Source of the DNA: Octopus vulgaris
Lineage: Eukaryota
Length of the DNA: 64,000 bases
NCBI GenBank assembly: GCA_951406725.2
Contig: OX597833.1
Coordinates: 48,050,001 to 48,114,000 of the forward strand
Direction of reading: 5' to 3'
The position numbers and the translations under genes were made by a program. This document shows positions 26,485 to 39,500 of the stretch, piece after piece; positions within the stretch are counted from its first letter, which is position 1; the number at the start of each line of letters is the position of its first letter. The notes under the pieces were generated by a model. The model ran no database searches, was not told the DNA's origin, and worked only from the letters and a program-made list of their open reading frames with translations.

Positions 26485-28057
26485 ACTGTTGAAAGTCAAA
26501 ATGTACCATCTTCACCATCACTAACAGCAAACTCCATAACAACTATGGAATTTACACCTGCAATGCTGCGACGTCACCTTCAAAATAAGCGCAACTATGC
26601 CTCCCCTGGTCTCGATGGAGTTACATACCTGCTTCTCAAACGTGGCAGGCACTTCCTTTTACACCAGCTTTCTATTTTCTTCCAGTACTGTCTCAACAAT
26701 GGTGCTACTCCGGAGCAGTGGAAAACTGCCAGTGTCATTCCTCTGTTCAAAAAGGGCGACCGCACATCACCTGTCAACTATCGCCCAGTCAGTCTCACTA
26801 GCTGTATTGCAAAACTGATGGAATCGTGTGTCAGAGAAACACTCTGGAACTTCTGGAGCTCTCACAGTCTCATCCGACCCTCACAATATGGATTTGTCCC
26901 TAACTCCAGCTGCAGTGAAAGATGTTTTATATGACACATTCTACCAGTGTCCGAAGTTTGACAGTGTTTAGTTGGAAAAAATTACTTTTTAAATCTGTCG
27001 GTCAAGAGGTAAAGACCCTTTGCAGTTAAATGAAGGAGATTTTCGTAGGTAATTGGGTGTCACAGTTCTAGGACAGCACTCTACACCATATGAGATGTCA
27101 TCGGGTGTACCACAGGGATCTGTCCTTGGCCCCCTCTTGTTTGTGGCATACATTAACGACATAGATGCCAATTTAAAGAATGCCACAGTATTGAAATATG
27201 CAGACGACATCAAGCTGTACCTTGAAATCAAGAGGACAGATCCTGATGTCTACAACTCTTTCCTGCAATCAGACCTAGACACAATGCAGCAATGGATCAC
27301 AGACTGGCAACTGAAACTGGCTGTGGACAAGTGTACCACCATGCATTTTGGGAGAAAAAACCCTGCGTTCACATACTCCCTCCACAACACTGATATCAAG
27401 AAATCCTCTTGCGAGCGTGACCTAGGCATCACTGTCAGCAGTGATTTGCGTTGGTCAAAGCATATCTCTAAGATTGTCAGGAAGGCCGAGGGTGTCTTGG
27501 CATCACTCAGCAGGTCTTTTGTTAGCCGCTCTCCAGCCATCTATTTAAAACTGTATACAGCTATGGTACGACCACACTTGGAATTCGCATCATCAGTTTG
27601 GAACCCCTATCTTGCACAGAACATTGACCTCCTGGAATCTGTCCAGAGACGTGCAACCAAACGCATACGAGTATATCTGACACCTAAATATATTCTGAGC
27701 TTTGTTTCCCTGGGCATGATTCACTGAAGCTCCGGCGTTTGGCGACGGACTTGGTAAACACCCACAAAGTTATCAACCACCTCACCAACAACAACACTGA
27801 ACACCTTTTTGATCTCCATGTGTCTAACACACGTGACATGCCTACAAAGTCAGAAAACAATACAGCTCCCATGACTTTCGGAAACATTTTTCTGCACGCT
27901 CAGAGTTGCTGAAGCATGGAATAAACTGCCTGCGTCAGTTGTTGACTGCCATGACACTGCATCTTTTAAGGCCCTCATGCTTTCCCAAATTCCACAAACT
28001 TCACCTGATTATATATACACTTTAGATGAGTTGTAGTGCACCTGAGCACTGTACACA

Positions 28058-28090
<33 letters not shown>
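26485..28090 (+). mobile_element. 5'-truncated CR1/L2-group LINE reverse transcriptase pseudogene
   Basis: SPGLDG..., VIPLFKKGD..., NYRPVSLTS, QYGF, SGVPQGSVLGPLLF, YADD, ERDLG, RPHLEFASSVWNPY; frameshifted; (TTA)n tail; the middle is replaced by a MITE fragment. Confidence 0.93.
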
Positions 28091-28137
<47 letters not shown>

Positions 28138-29938
28138 CACATATATACGACTGGCTTTCAGTTTCCATCTACCAAGGCTCACAAGGCTCTGGTCGACCCA
28201 AGGCTATAGTAGAAGACACTTGCCCATGGTGCCATGCAGTGGGACTGAACCCAGAACCATGTGGTTGGTAAGCAATATTACTGCTGTTGTTTGTCAACAA
28301 GAACTTCCGGCGGTGTATATTTCGTTTGTATCTGTTACTTATGACAGTCACCCCACAAAGCCATTAAAAAATCAATAGAAGTGACTTTTTTGTGAATTTT
28401 CTATCCAAAACCCAATTAAAATGCCTGAAACTTGATACGCCAATTGAATGCCAGCTAGCTGTATGTGATTGGTCAGAGATTTGGACAGTACTCGCGTGTA
28501 TGTGTGCATGCATGCACAAGCAATATGACCCAGCGTTACTGGGTCATAGTGCTAGTATATATATATAATATGGTATTGTAACTATATATATATATATATA
28601 CTAGCATTATGACCTGGCAATGCCAGGTCATAGTGCTAGTCTAAAAATACAGCCAAATGTGCAACCTAAGCACAATTGTAGGCTTATTGTGCATCCTAAG
28701 CACAATTGTAGAATATAAGTACATATGCATACACACATGTATATCAGGACTCATACACAGTCACTTTCCTGACTTTTGTACATAATTCTATGTACTGTAT
28801 ATGCACCTTTGATGAGATGCAGTGCACACAATAATTCCATTATTATCATTATTATTACTTAACCCACATTAGCTGGGAGTAATGTTGTTGCTAGATTCAT
28901 ACACAAATATTCAGTATCTTAGATGATATTAAAATACAAAAACAAAACTTTTCCTTTAGCAGAGAAACCTTCATTCAGCAATACACTGCAACAACTAATG
29001 CACTGTCTCCTCATTTGTTTCTTTTATTGTCATTATAAGACCATCAGCTTCATTGAACATTGCAGTTGAAGCCCATCTAATGAATCTCGTTTGTACTATC
29101 CTCGTCTATGGTTGCGAAACATGGCCTATGATATATGTATATACATATATGTATGTGTGTGTATATGTTTGTGTATCTAGTTGTCCCCCCAACATCGCTT
29201 GACAACCGATGCTGGTGTGTTTACGTCCCCGTAACTTAGTGGTTCAGCAAAAGAGACTGATAGAGTAAGTACTAGGCTTACAAAGAGTAAGTCCTGGGGT
29301 CAATTTGCTCAACTAAAGGTGGTGCTCCAGCATGGCCTCAGTCAAATGACTGAAACAAGTAAAAGAGTAAGAGTATATCTGGCCTAAATATTTTGCTTTA
29401 GCTCAAACCAGCCAGATATGGCCTCCCTTACCTACCCTACATTGTCATTCTTAAAATATACACACATATAATTGAAATCTCAAAGCTGCAAGATAATGCA
29501 TGATTAATTCAAAACAATGGATAATTAAGCATTACATTTGACAGAGTAAACTGAATGCTAAAGGGTTAAAAATAAAAATCACTTAAGAATTGATCTTTTG
29601 ATTTGTAAACACCTAATTAGTCTGCTTACTTTAATTTCCCATTTACAATGGAGATTATACCACTGACAGTCTTTTCTGAATAACTTATTAGACATAAGCA
29701 TATTCCCAAATTCCACATAACCTTGATAGCTCATGCTAGGTATGTACTACTTCCATAAATAAAGAGCTTAAAAATATTCAATAAGGGACAGGATAATCTC
29801 AGCAGCAAGACACAATTACAACACATTTCAAAGAGACACTTTACATATATCTATTTTTTCATTAATAATATCACATATTCATACCTTCCAAAGTTTATAT
29901 AAATATCAGGTTTTACAGTCTCTGATGAGGACCACATA

Positions 29939-30290
29939 TCTCTATATATATAAACAGCAAAATGTCTGTCTGTGTGTGTGTCCTTTATACAAATCCACAA
30001 TTTTTCAGTTAGAGGGCTCGCACTTTCTATGGTCATTCAAAACCGTCCAAGGGTGGTCGTGCACATCTTTACATTTCCACAGTCACCCCACAAAGCCATT
30101 AAAAAATCAATAGAAGTGACTTTTTTGTGAATTTTCTATCCAAAACCCAATTAAAATGCCTGAAACTTGATACGCCAATTGAATGCCAGCTAGCTGTATG
30201 TGATTGGTCAGAGATTTGGACAGTACTCGCGTGTATGTGTGCATGCATGCACAAGCAATATGACCCAGCGTTACTGGGTCATAGTGCTAG
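29939..30290 (+). mobile_element. Non-autonomous Helitron, family B (3' part duplicated at about 28345-28555)
   Basis: TC..TATATATATAAA start; tatgacccag cgtta ctgggtcata hairpin, then gtgCTAG|T. Confidence 0.8.
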
Positions 30291-30876
30291 TATATATATA
30301 TAATATGGTATTGTAACTATATATATATATATATACTAGACATTTGTACATTACTGCATATGCTTTATACACACTTTTGACAAGTTGTGGTGCACCTGAG
30401 CACTGTATACAATAATTTCCATATTTATTTATTTATAAATTCCAGTCTGATTTGGCTTGGTTTCTATGGCTGGATACCTTTCCTAATGCCAACCACTCCA
30501 AGAGTGTAATAGGTTCCTTTTACATGTCACCAGCACAGGTGCCTTTTATGCATTGTTTTAAAAGTATTTTCCAGTATATGAAAGATTTATAACGATTACA
30601 CAAAGATGAAACATAATTCTAATAAATATACAAAATTATTCAATATTTATTTTCATAGAAATATTTTTAGAACAGTATTTTACAGCAGGAATTTAATTTG
30701 TTTCATTGTTTGAATAATCTGAAATTCAGGCATTCAAACACCATATTATCATCACCATCATCATTTATATCATTAATATTAAAATTCATTCCATGAAGTA
30801 GAATTTTATTGTATTTACAATGGTATCATCAAGAAATTTTATTTCATTAACAATATTAAGGAGTCTTTGTGCCTCT

Positions 30877-30959
30877 TCAGAATCGAGTTAATTTCAGAGG
30901 AAAATTTGCTGTAACCATATAGTCATCTTGGAATACAACAACTATATTGATTTCAAACT
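30877..30959 (-). CDS. VPS26C: VPS26C exon 9 (EFEINIVVVFQDDYMVTANFPLKLTRF*)
   Basis: Acceptor cttttgcag; TGA at 30879-30877; candidate AATAAA on the minus strand at 30810-30805. Confidence 0.95.
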
Positions 30960-33900
30960 CTGCAAAAGAAAAGAAAGAAAAAAAAAAGGTAACATTGTTA
31001 ATTATATTTATAAGCAGGTTATATTTTATTTGTTTATATTTAGAAATTATCTCTCATCTTTATATATAAAAGTCAAGTTGTGAGTCTGTCTCCTACGATT
31101 TAGATTCCTAACTACTCCCACATTTTGCAGTGCAGTTTAACCAAAACCGGGTATCTTATAGTCGTGATTCATATCGAGCCCTTCTGGGTATTAGCGCGCG
31201 TCTACGATGATTCTACGATTTTAAAAAAAATTTACCATCATTTTTTTCCATTTTAAAGCATTTTTTCGCTATTATATAAGGGAAGTAACTCTCTAAAAAT
31301 GTCTACGATGAGTCAACGATTTAAAAAAAAATTTACCATAATTTTTTTCCCATTTTTAATGCATTTTTTTGCTATAACTCTCTAAAAATGCTTATATAGT
31401 TATTTCCCTTACAAACCCGAGCAACGCCGGGCGATACTGCTAGTTTAAGATAAAACAATTATTGAAGTAGATATTGACACCATGAAAAAAACAAAACAAA
31501 AACACTGAATATCTATAGAAATCATTTCATTTTAACTTCATCAAAGCTGACCAAAATCATTACTTCAGTTGTTGAGTACAAATATATGTACACTTTATTT
31601 CTCTGGGAATTTTTAATTCTAATAGATTTTAATGCTTGGAGTATTAAAAAGCTAACTAGATATAATTATGTGATTAAAGATAAAGCAACATTAGACTAAT
31701 AGAGCAACATCAAGGACTAATATATTTTACAGTTCTATATTTAAGAGATGAGGAATTATGTACATTATTTACATTCGACAGATATTTGTCCTCATCTTGT
31801 TTGTTGTTAACATAACATTTCGGCTGATATACCCTCCAGCCTTCATCAGGTGTCTTGGGGAAATTTCGAACCAGGGTTCTCATTCCTAAGGTATTCTTCG
31901 ATGTTATTATTATTATTATTATTGTTCAGGTCATTGCTTGGAATCGAACTCAGAATCTTGGGGTTAGTAGCCCATGCTCTTAACCACTATGCCACATGCC
32001 CGTGGGCAATTGTGGAGTGAATTTTAGAATAATAATAATAATAATAACATCGAAGAATACCTTAGGAATGAGAATCCAGGCTTGAAATTTTCCCAAGACA
32101 CCTGAAGAAGGCTGGAGGGTATATCAGCCGAAACGTGTTAACAACAAACAAGATGAGGACAAATATCCGTCGAATGTAAATAATATATTTTAATTTTCTA
32201 GAAGCATGAAAGACAAATTAGATGTTTCAGCCTTATCATAACCTCATTAGCAAAGCACTGTCTTCACCATACATGCTGATGTAGTACTGACTCAATCACT
32301 AAATGACATTACAAGATTGGTCGACACCAAAAGGGAAATTGTTTTGAAAATAAGAAGTCTGAGAAGCCATTTGCATTAAAAACAAGGTTAAGTTAAGAGT
32401 TAACATATTTATTGCAGGGAGAATTAAAAAGGTTACTAAAAATAATGGTAAAATCATTTTATAGTAAGATTAAATGTTTATGTGCATACTCTGCTTGCGA
32501 AGGTTGAGGCATGTGAAATCGAAATCAAATTCGATGACTGGCATCCGTGCTAGTGGAGCACTAAGAGCATCATCTGAGCATGATCGCTTCCAGAGCAGCT
32601 AACTGGCTTCCATGCAAGTGGCACATAAAAAGCACCATTTGAGCTTGATCGTTACCAGTGTCGCCTTAATGGCACTTGTGCTGGTGGCACGTGAAAAAAA
32701 CATTCGAGTGAGGTCGTTGCCAGTGCCACTGGACTGGCTCCTATGCAGGTGGCACGTAAAAAACACCAGTTAAGTGTGGCCGTTGCCAGTACCGCCTGAG
32801 TGGCTCTCGTACCGGTGGCACGTAAAAGCATCCACTACACTCTCGGAGTGGTTGGCATTAGGAAGGGCATCCAGCTGTAGAAATTCTGCCAGATCAAGAT
32901 TGGAGCCTGGGGCAGCCATCTGGTTCGCCAGCAGCCCTCAGTCAAAATCGTCCAACCCATGCTAGCATGGGTAGTGGATGTTAAACGATGACAATGATGA
33001 TGATTGTGTGTGTGTGTGTATGAAATTTTAGCCATATAAGAAGCACTGGCACTGGTGCCAAGTAGAAAGCATTCAGTACACTCTGTAAAGTGGTTGGTGT
33101 TAGAAGGGTCATCCAGCCATAAAAAACCATGCCAGAACAAGCAATGGAGCCTGATGCAGCTCCCAGATTTACCAGCTCCTGTCAAACCGTCCAACCCATG
33201 CCAGCACGGAAAATGGACGATAAATGATGATGATGAAGCAGTGTATTTGCATTCTAGATCTTTGACAAGATGGGCTTCATCTGCAGATTCATTGCGAATA
33301 GCATCACATATGTGAAGATTATCATCATCCTCATCATCATCATCGTTTAGTGTCCGCTTTCCATGCTAGCATGGGTTGGACGGTTCAACTGGGGTCTGGG
33401 AAGCCAGGAGGCTGTACCAGGCCCAGTCTGATCTGGTAGTGTTTCTACAGCTGGATGCCCTTCCTAACGCCAACCACTCCGTGAGTGTAGTGGGTGCTTT
33501 TTACGTGCCACCAGCACAGGTGCCAGACAAGACTGGCAATGGCCACGATTGGATGGTGCTTTTTACATGCCACTGGCAACGGCCACGTTCGAATGGTTCT
33601 CTTCTGTACCACCGGCACTGGTATCACAGCTACAATTTCCATTGATGTTGATCGATTTCGATTTTGATATTGATTTTTGAAGATGTGTTCAATTTTTTGA
33701 CACAAATTCCAACATATAAGAGACATGGTGTTGTAAGACAGTGCAATGGTTGTGATGTTCAAGGAACTGTACTAGACATCACATTGCTATGAACACAAAC
33801 CATACTACAATAACCAATGCAATACGTCACTAAGTAAGGTACATAACTCTTCTTGCTGATATTTTATTTTCACTCTTTAGCATTCAAATTATTCTCTCAA

Positions 33901-36513
33901 ATGTAATACTTATTCATTCATATATTTTTTAATTGATCATGCATTATCACATAGCTTTGAGATTTCAGTGATATGGTTGTGCGGTTTTAGAATGGTATTG
34001 TAGGGTAAGTGTTATATGTCAGATCTAGCTAACTTGAACTTAAAACAAGTATAATATTTGGCCCAAATATAAGGTGGCGATCTGGCAGAAACGGCACACT
34101 GGGCGAAATGCTTAGCGGTATTTCCTCTGCCGTTACGTTCTGAGTTCAAATTCCGCCGAGGTCGACTTTGCCTTTCATCCTTTCGGGGTCGATAAATTAA
34201 GCACCAGTTACGCACTGGGGTCAATGTAATCGACTTAATTCGTTTGTCTGTCCTTGTTTGTCCCCTCTATGTTTAGCCCCTTGTGGGTAATAAAGAAACA
34301 AAAATATTTGGCCCAGATATCTTTACTCTTTTTACTCTTTTACTTGTTTCAGTCATTTGACTGTGGCCATGCTGGAGCACCACCTTTAGTCGAGCAAATC
34401 GACCCCAGAACATACGCTTTGTAAGCCTAGTACTTATTCTATCAGTCCCTTTTGCTGAACTGCTAAGTTACAGGGACATAAACACACTAGCATTGGTTGT
34501 CAAGCGATGTTGGGGGGGGGGAGCAAACACAGAACACAAACATACACACACATATATACGACGGGCTTCTTTCAGTTTCCGTCAACTAAATCCACTCACA
34601 AGGCTTTGGTTGGCCCAAGGTTATAGTAGAAGACACTTGCCCAAGGTGCCACATATTGGGACTGAACCCGGAACCATGTGGTTGGTAAGCAAGTTACTTA
34701 CCACACTCCTACGCCTATTGTGGCCAATTTAAATGCTAAAGGGTTAAAGTGTTTATCACAGTTAGGTTTCTAATAAGACAAACTGTTTTTTTCTTTGGAC
34801 TGGTTCATATGTCTGGATACCTGTACGGGGACTACTGCATTCGTCGTCATCATCATCATCGTTTAGCGTCCACTTTCCATGCTAGCAGGGGTTGGACGAT
34901 TCAACTGGGGTCTGGGAAGCTAGAAGGCTGCACCAGGCCAGTCTGATCTGGCAATGTTTCTACGGCTGGAAGCCCTTCCTAACACCAACCACTCCATGAG
35001 TGTAGTGGGTGCTTTTTACGTGCCACCGACACAGGTGCCAGACGAGGCTGGCAACGGCCACGATCGGATGGTGCTTTTTACGTGCCACCGGCATGGCGGC
35101 CAGGCGAGGCTGGCAATGGCCACAATCAGATGGTGATTTTTACGTGCCACTGGCACGGAGGCCAGTCGGGGTGACGCTGGCAACGGCCATGTTCGGATGG
35201 TTCTCTTACGTGCCCCCGGCACTGGTATCACAACTACAATTTCCATTGATGTTGATCAATTTCGATTTTGATTCTAATTGTTTGTTTTTATTAAGTAATC
35301 ATACTTTGATATTACATTTAACTCCAATTAATCATATCATTATTAATTTCATTGTAGTTCTTGAAATAACAAAAGGAGAGAACAGCTCACCTATTTTGAA
35401 ATTATTGGTTGCTAATGTGGGACAGGTGAAGAGTCGTGGGAAGACCATATAAATAGGGATTGACAGGTTCCGGCAAACATCACCTTCTGCCAGTTGGATA
35501 TTCTGTATTTCAGTTGCTGTTAGAAAAAGAGAAAAAAAAGAAGAAAAAAAAAAAAGGATAAGTTTGATGTACATCCCACAGAAAATTCTGTAATATAATC
35601 AAAAGAAATATTTGAAATAAAAGAACTAAATAAATTTAAAGGAATTTTTTCTCTCTGTGTGTATAGTATCATATTTGATGACATAAAAGACGCACAGACA
35701 TATTAAATGCACCCAATTTCAGGAGTGCATATTCAAGAAAAAACATAAACAAAAGAAATATTTGAAATAAAAGAACTGAATAAATTTAAAGGAATTTTTT
35801 CTCTCTGTGTGTATAGTATCATATTTGATGACATAAAAGACGCACAGACATATTAAACGCACCCAATTTCAGGAGTGCATATTCAAGAAAAAAATTCTTT
35901 TGTGCATAAATGTATGTAATGTAGATCCAACTTCACATGTAAGATGTAGGGTAATTTTTTTGAGATGTCAGTGAACAGGTTGTGGTCTCAAAGCGACGAA
36001 AATATTTTGACAATGTTGAAGTGAATCTAACGGTTTTGTGTGTTTCTTAAATGGCTTATAAACACCTTCCACACGGCAATTTTTTTTTGTTCCAGCACAC
36101 GTTCTCAGATCAAGTCACTTGCTATGCAAGTACATCTCCGTAATTTTTTGAGATACTTTTTTGAAAAACAAAGCATGTCACATGTGCAATCAAATACAAT
36201 ATTTGTATGTTTTCTGTCTCATTTTTATAACCTAAAAAAAAAACAAAAAAAACATTGCTATGTAACTATTATATGTACATGTATTTCTATGACATTTTGT
36301 CTTTTGGGTGCTTCATAGAACCCCGGATAAGTCTCAGGCAGGTTGGTATCAAAAAGATTAAAATCATTTTATGACTATAAAGAAAATTAAAAATAAACAT
36401 TCATTGGGGTTGATTTGCTTGACTAACGGCAGTGCTCCAGCATGGCCACAGTCAAATGACTGAAACAAGTAAAAGAGTAAAAGAGGGTAAATACATATGC
36501 TGCATCTGGGGTA

Positions 36514-36553
<40 letters not shown>

Positions 36554-39500
36554 AAAAGCACCATCTGTACGTGGCCAATGCCAGTGCCACCTTGACTGGC
36601 TTCCATGCCGGTGGCACGTAAAAAGCACTAACCTTTCGTGTCCGTAGCCAGCCTCCCCTGGCACCTGTGCCGGTGGCACGTAAAAAGCACCCACTACACT
36701 CACGGAGTGGTTGGCATTAGAAAGGGCATCCAGCTGTAGAAACACTGCCAGATCAGACTGGAGCCTGGTGCAGCCTCCTGGCTTCCCAGATCCCGGTCGA
36801 ACTGTCCAACCCATGCTAGCATGGAAAACGGACGTTAAACGATGATGATGATGATAAGCTAATAAACTTATAAGTAGCAAATGAAAATGTTACAAAATAT
36901 TACAAAAATCACAACCAACCTTCATTAGCATAACCTTCAGCACAGCCACATGTTTCAACACGGACAAGCTGGATTTCAATTGATTTGATAGCTGTTTCAC
37001 AAAAGTCCACAACCAACTGAAAAGAGTTTAAAATTATAAGTCTGAATATATCCATTCATCTTGTACAACAGTTTGTCACATATAACATAGTTTTAACTAC
37101 CTTTAGGTATACAACTGAGCAAGGACTCAGCTAGTCTTAAAGAAATATTTAGAGGACCTCAATTGTTAGTTGCTTACCTAAAGAAATCAGAAATATGAAA
37201 GGGCCCCCTACTGAAACATTAAAAAAAAAATAATACGCAGGAGTGGCTGTGTGGTAGGTAGCCTGCTTACCAACCACACGGTTCCGGGTTCAGTCCCACT
37301 GCGTGGTACCTTGGGAAAGTGTCTTCTACTACAGCCTCGGGCCGACCAAAGCCTTGTGAGTGGATTTGGTAGACGGAAACTAAAAGAAGCCTGTCGTATA
37401 TATATATATGTATGTGTGTGTTTGTGTGTCTGTGTTTGTCCCTCCAGCATCGTTTGACATCGCTGGTATGTTTACGTCCCCGTTACTTAGCGGTTCGGCA
37501 AAAGGGACCGATAGAATAAGTACTAGGCTTACAAAGAATAAGACCTGGGGTCGATTTGCTCAACTAAAAGGCGGTGCTCCAGCATGGCCGCAGTCAAATG
37601 ACTGAAAGAAGTAAAAAAAAAAAAGAAAAGGAAAAAGAATTATGATTGGGTAGTGAATTTCTTAACTACAGAACCATGCCAAAGCCTATTATTTTGGTAC
37701 TTGGGGAATGCAAAAGATTTGCTGACAAACACATTTAGATATGTTTCATTACATAAAAATTAGTCAATTCATGAATTCTCCCTTCTTTCTCAAAATATTT
37801 CATGGATTTGATACTGCAAATGCTAAAATAGAACATCCACTCACCTCTCCTGTCAAAGGTTTGGTAATGCTTAAATTTAAGGAATCGATCATACCAGTCA
37901 CTTTGAAATCAGGTATATTCTTATCCTGTACAGAAATAAAACGTTACAGAATTAATACAGAAATATTAACAGAAACGAACAAGGAGAAAAAAAACAAAAA
38001 ACAAAACAAGAGATTTAGCAATTTACATACATTTCCTTTCATGTTAGTTAGAGTGTCTGGGCTAATTGTGACAGGTTGAGGTTTTGGTACAGCGCGTTCT
38101 TCATCATTCTGAAATAGATAAAAAGTTTGTGCATTACATACGTGTGAAGTAAACAACATCATCATCGTTTAACGTCCGTTTTCCATGCTAGCATGGGTTG
38201 GACGGTTCAACTGGGGGTCTGGGAAGCCAGAAGGCTGCACCAGGCCCAGTCAGATCTGGCAGTGTTTCTACAGCTAGATGCCCTTCCAAACACCAACCAC
38301 TCCGTGAGTGTAGTGGGTGCTTTTTACGTGCCACCAGCGCAGAGGCCAGGCGATGCGGTGCTGGCTACGGCCATGTTCGGATGGTTCTCCACTGGTATCA
38401 CAACTACAAATTCCATTGATGTTGATCGATTTCGATTTTGATTTCAGAGAAAGCATTTGCATTAAAAACAAGGTTGAGTTAAGAGTTAACATATTTATTG
38501 CAGGAAGAATTAAAAAGAATTAAATGAAACCTCTTTCATTTTTATTATTTGAATAACTACAACAGGCGTGGCTGTGTGGTTGCTTCCCAACCACATGATT
38601 CTGGGTTCAGTCCCACTGCATGGCACCTTGGGCAAGTATCTTCTTACTATAGCATTTGGCCAACCGAAGCTTTGTGAGTAGATTTAGTAGACAGAAACTG
38701 AAAGATGCCCATCCCATCAACATCATTGTCGTTTAACGGCCGCTTTCCATGCTGGCATGGGTTTGATTGAGGACTGGCAAGCTAGGAGGCTGCACCAGGC
38801 TCCAATCTGATTTGGCAAGGTTTCTACAGCTAGATGCCCTTCCTAATGCCAACCACTCCGAGAATGTAGTGGGTGCTTTTTATGTGCTACTGGCATGGGG
38901 GCCAGTCAAGCAGTACTGGCATCAACTACTCTTGAATGGTGCTTTTTACATGCCACTGGCACGGGAGCTAGTCATATTCACCAGATATTGCTCCTTTGGA
39001 TTTCCACTTATTCAGGTCTCTGAATAAGTCTTAATGGTAAAAATTTCAATTCCTTGGATGACGTAAAAAGATACCTTGATGAATTCTTTGCCATGAAACC
39101 ACCTCAATTCTGGGAAGAGGGTATTTTCAAGTTAAAGGAAAGATGGAGACGCATTGTACAACGAAATGGTTCATATTTAGTTGATTAAAAATGTAATGGC
39201 AAGTATTTATTGACCTTTTTCTTTCCTTTAAAAATCGGCACAAACTTTCCGGACAACCCAATACTATAAAATGTTGTGCTTTAGACATAAAAATTATAAG
39301 AGAATTAAAATTTCTCAACATTATAATGAAGTTGATGAAGTTAAAATGATTACAAGACAAATTAGGTTTGCAGTTGGTGAGAAAAATCACGTAGCAGGCC
39401 AAAATAGAAAGCAGTAACTCAAGATGCCATGCAGTGGGATAGTGGGATTGAACCTAGAATGTAGTTGCATAATAGACTTATTTCTTAATCCCACAGCTAA

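Noticed and set aside
29915-29938. tctCTGATGAGgacc hammerhead 5' half
   Set aside because: It is truncated by the Helitron insertion, and no GAAA/stem III partner was found.
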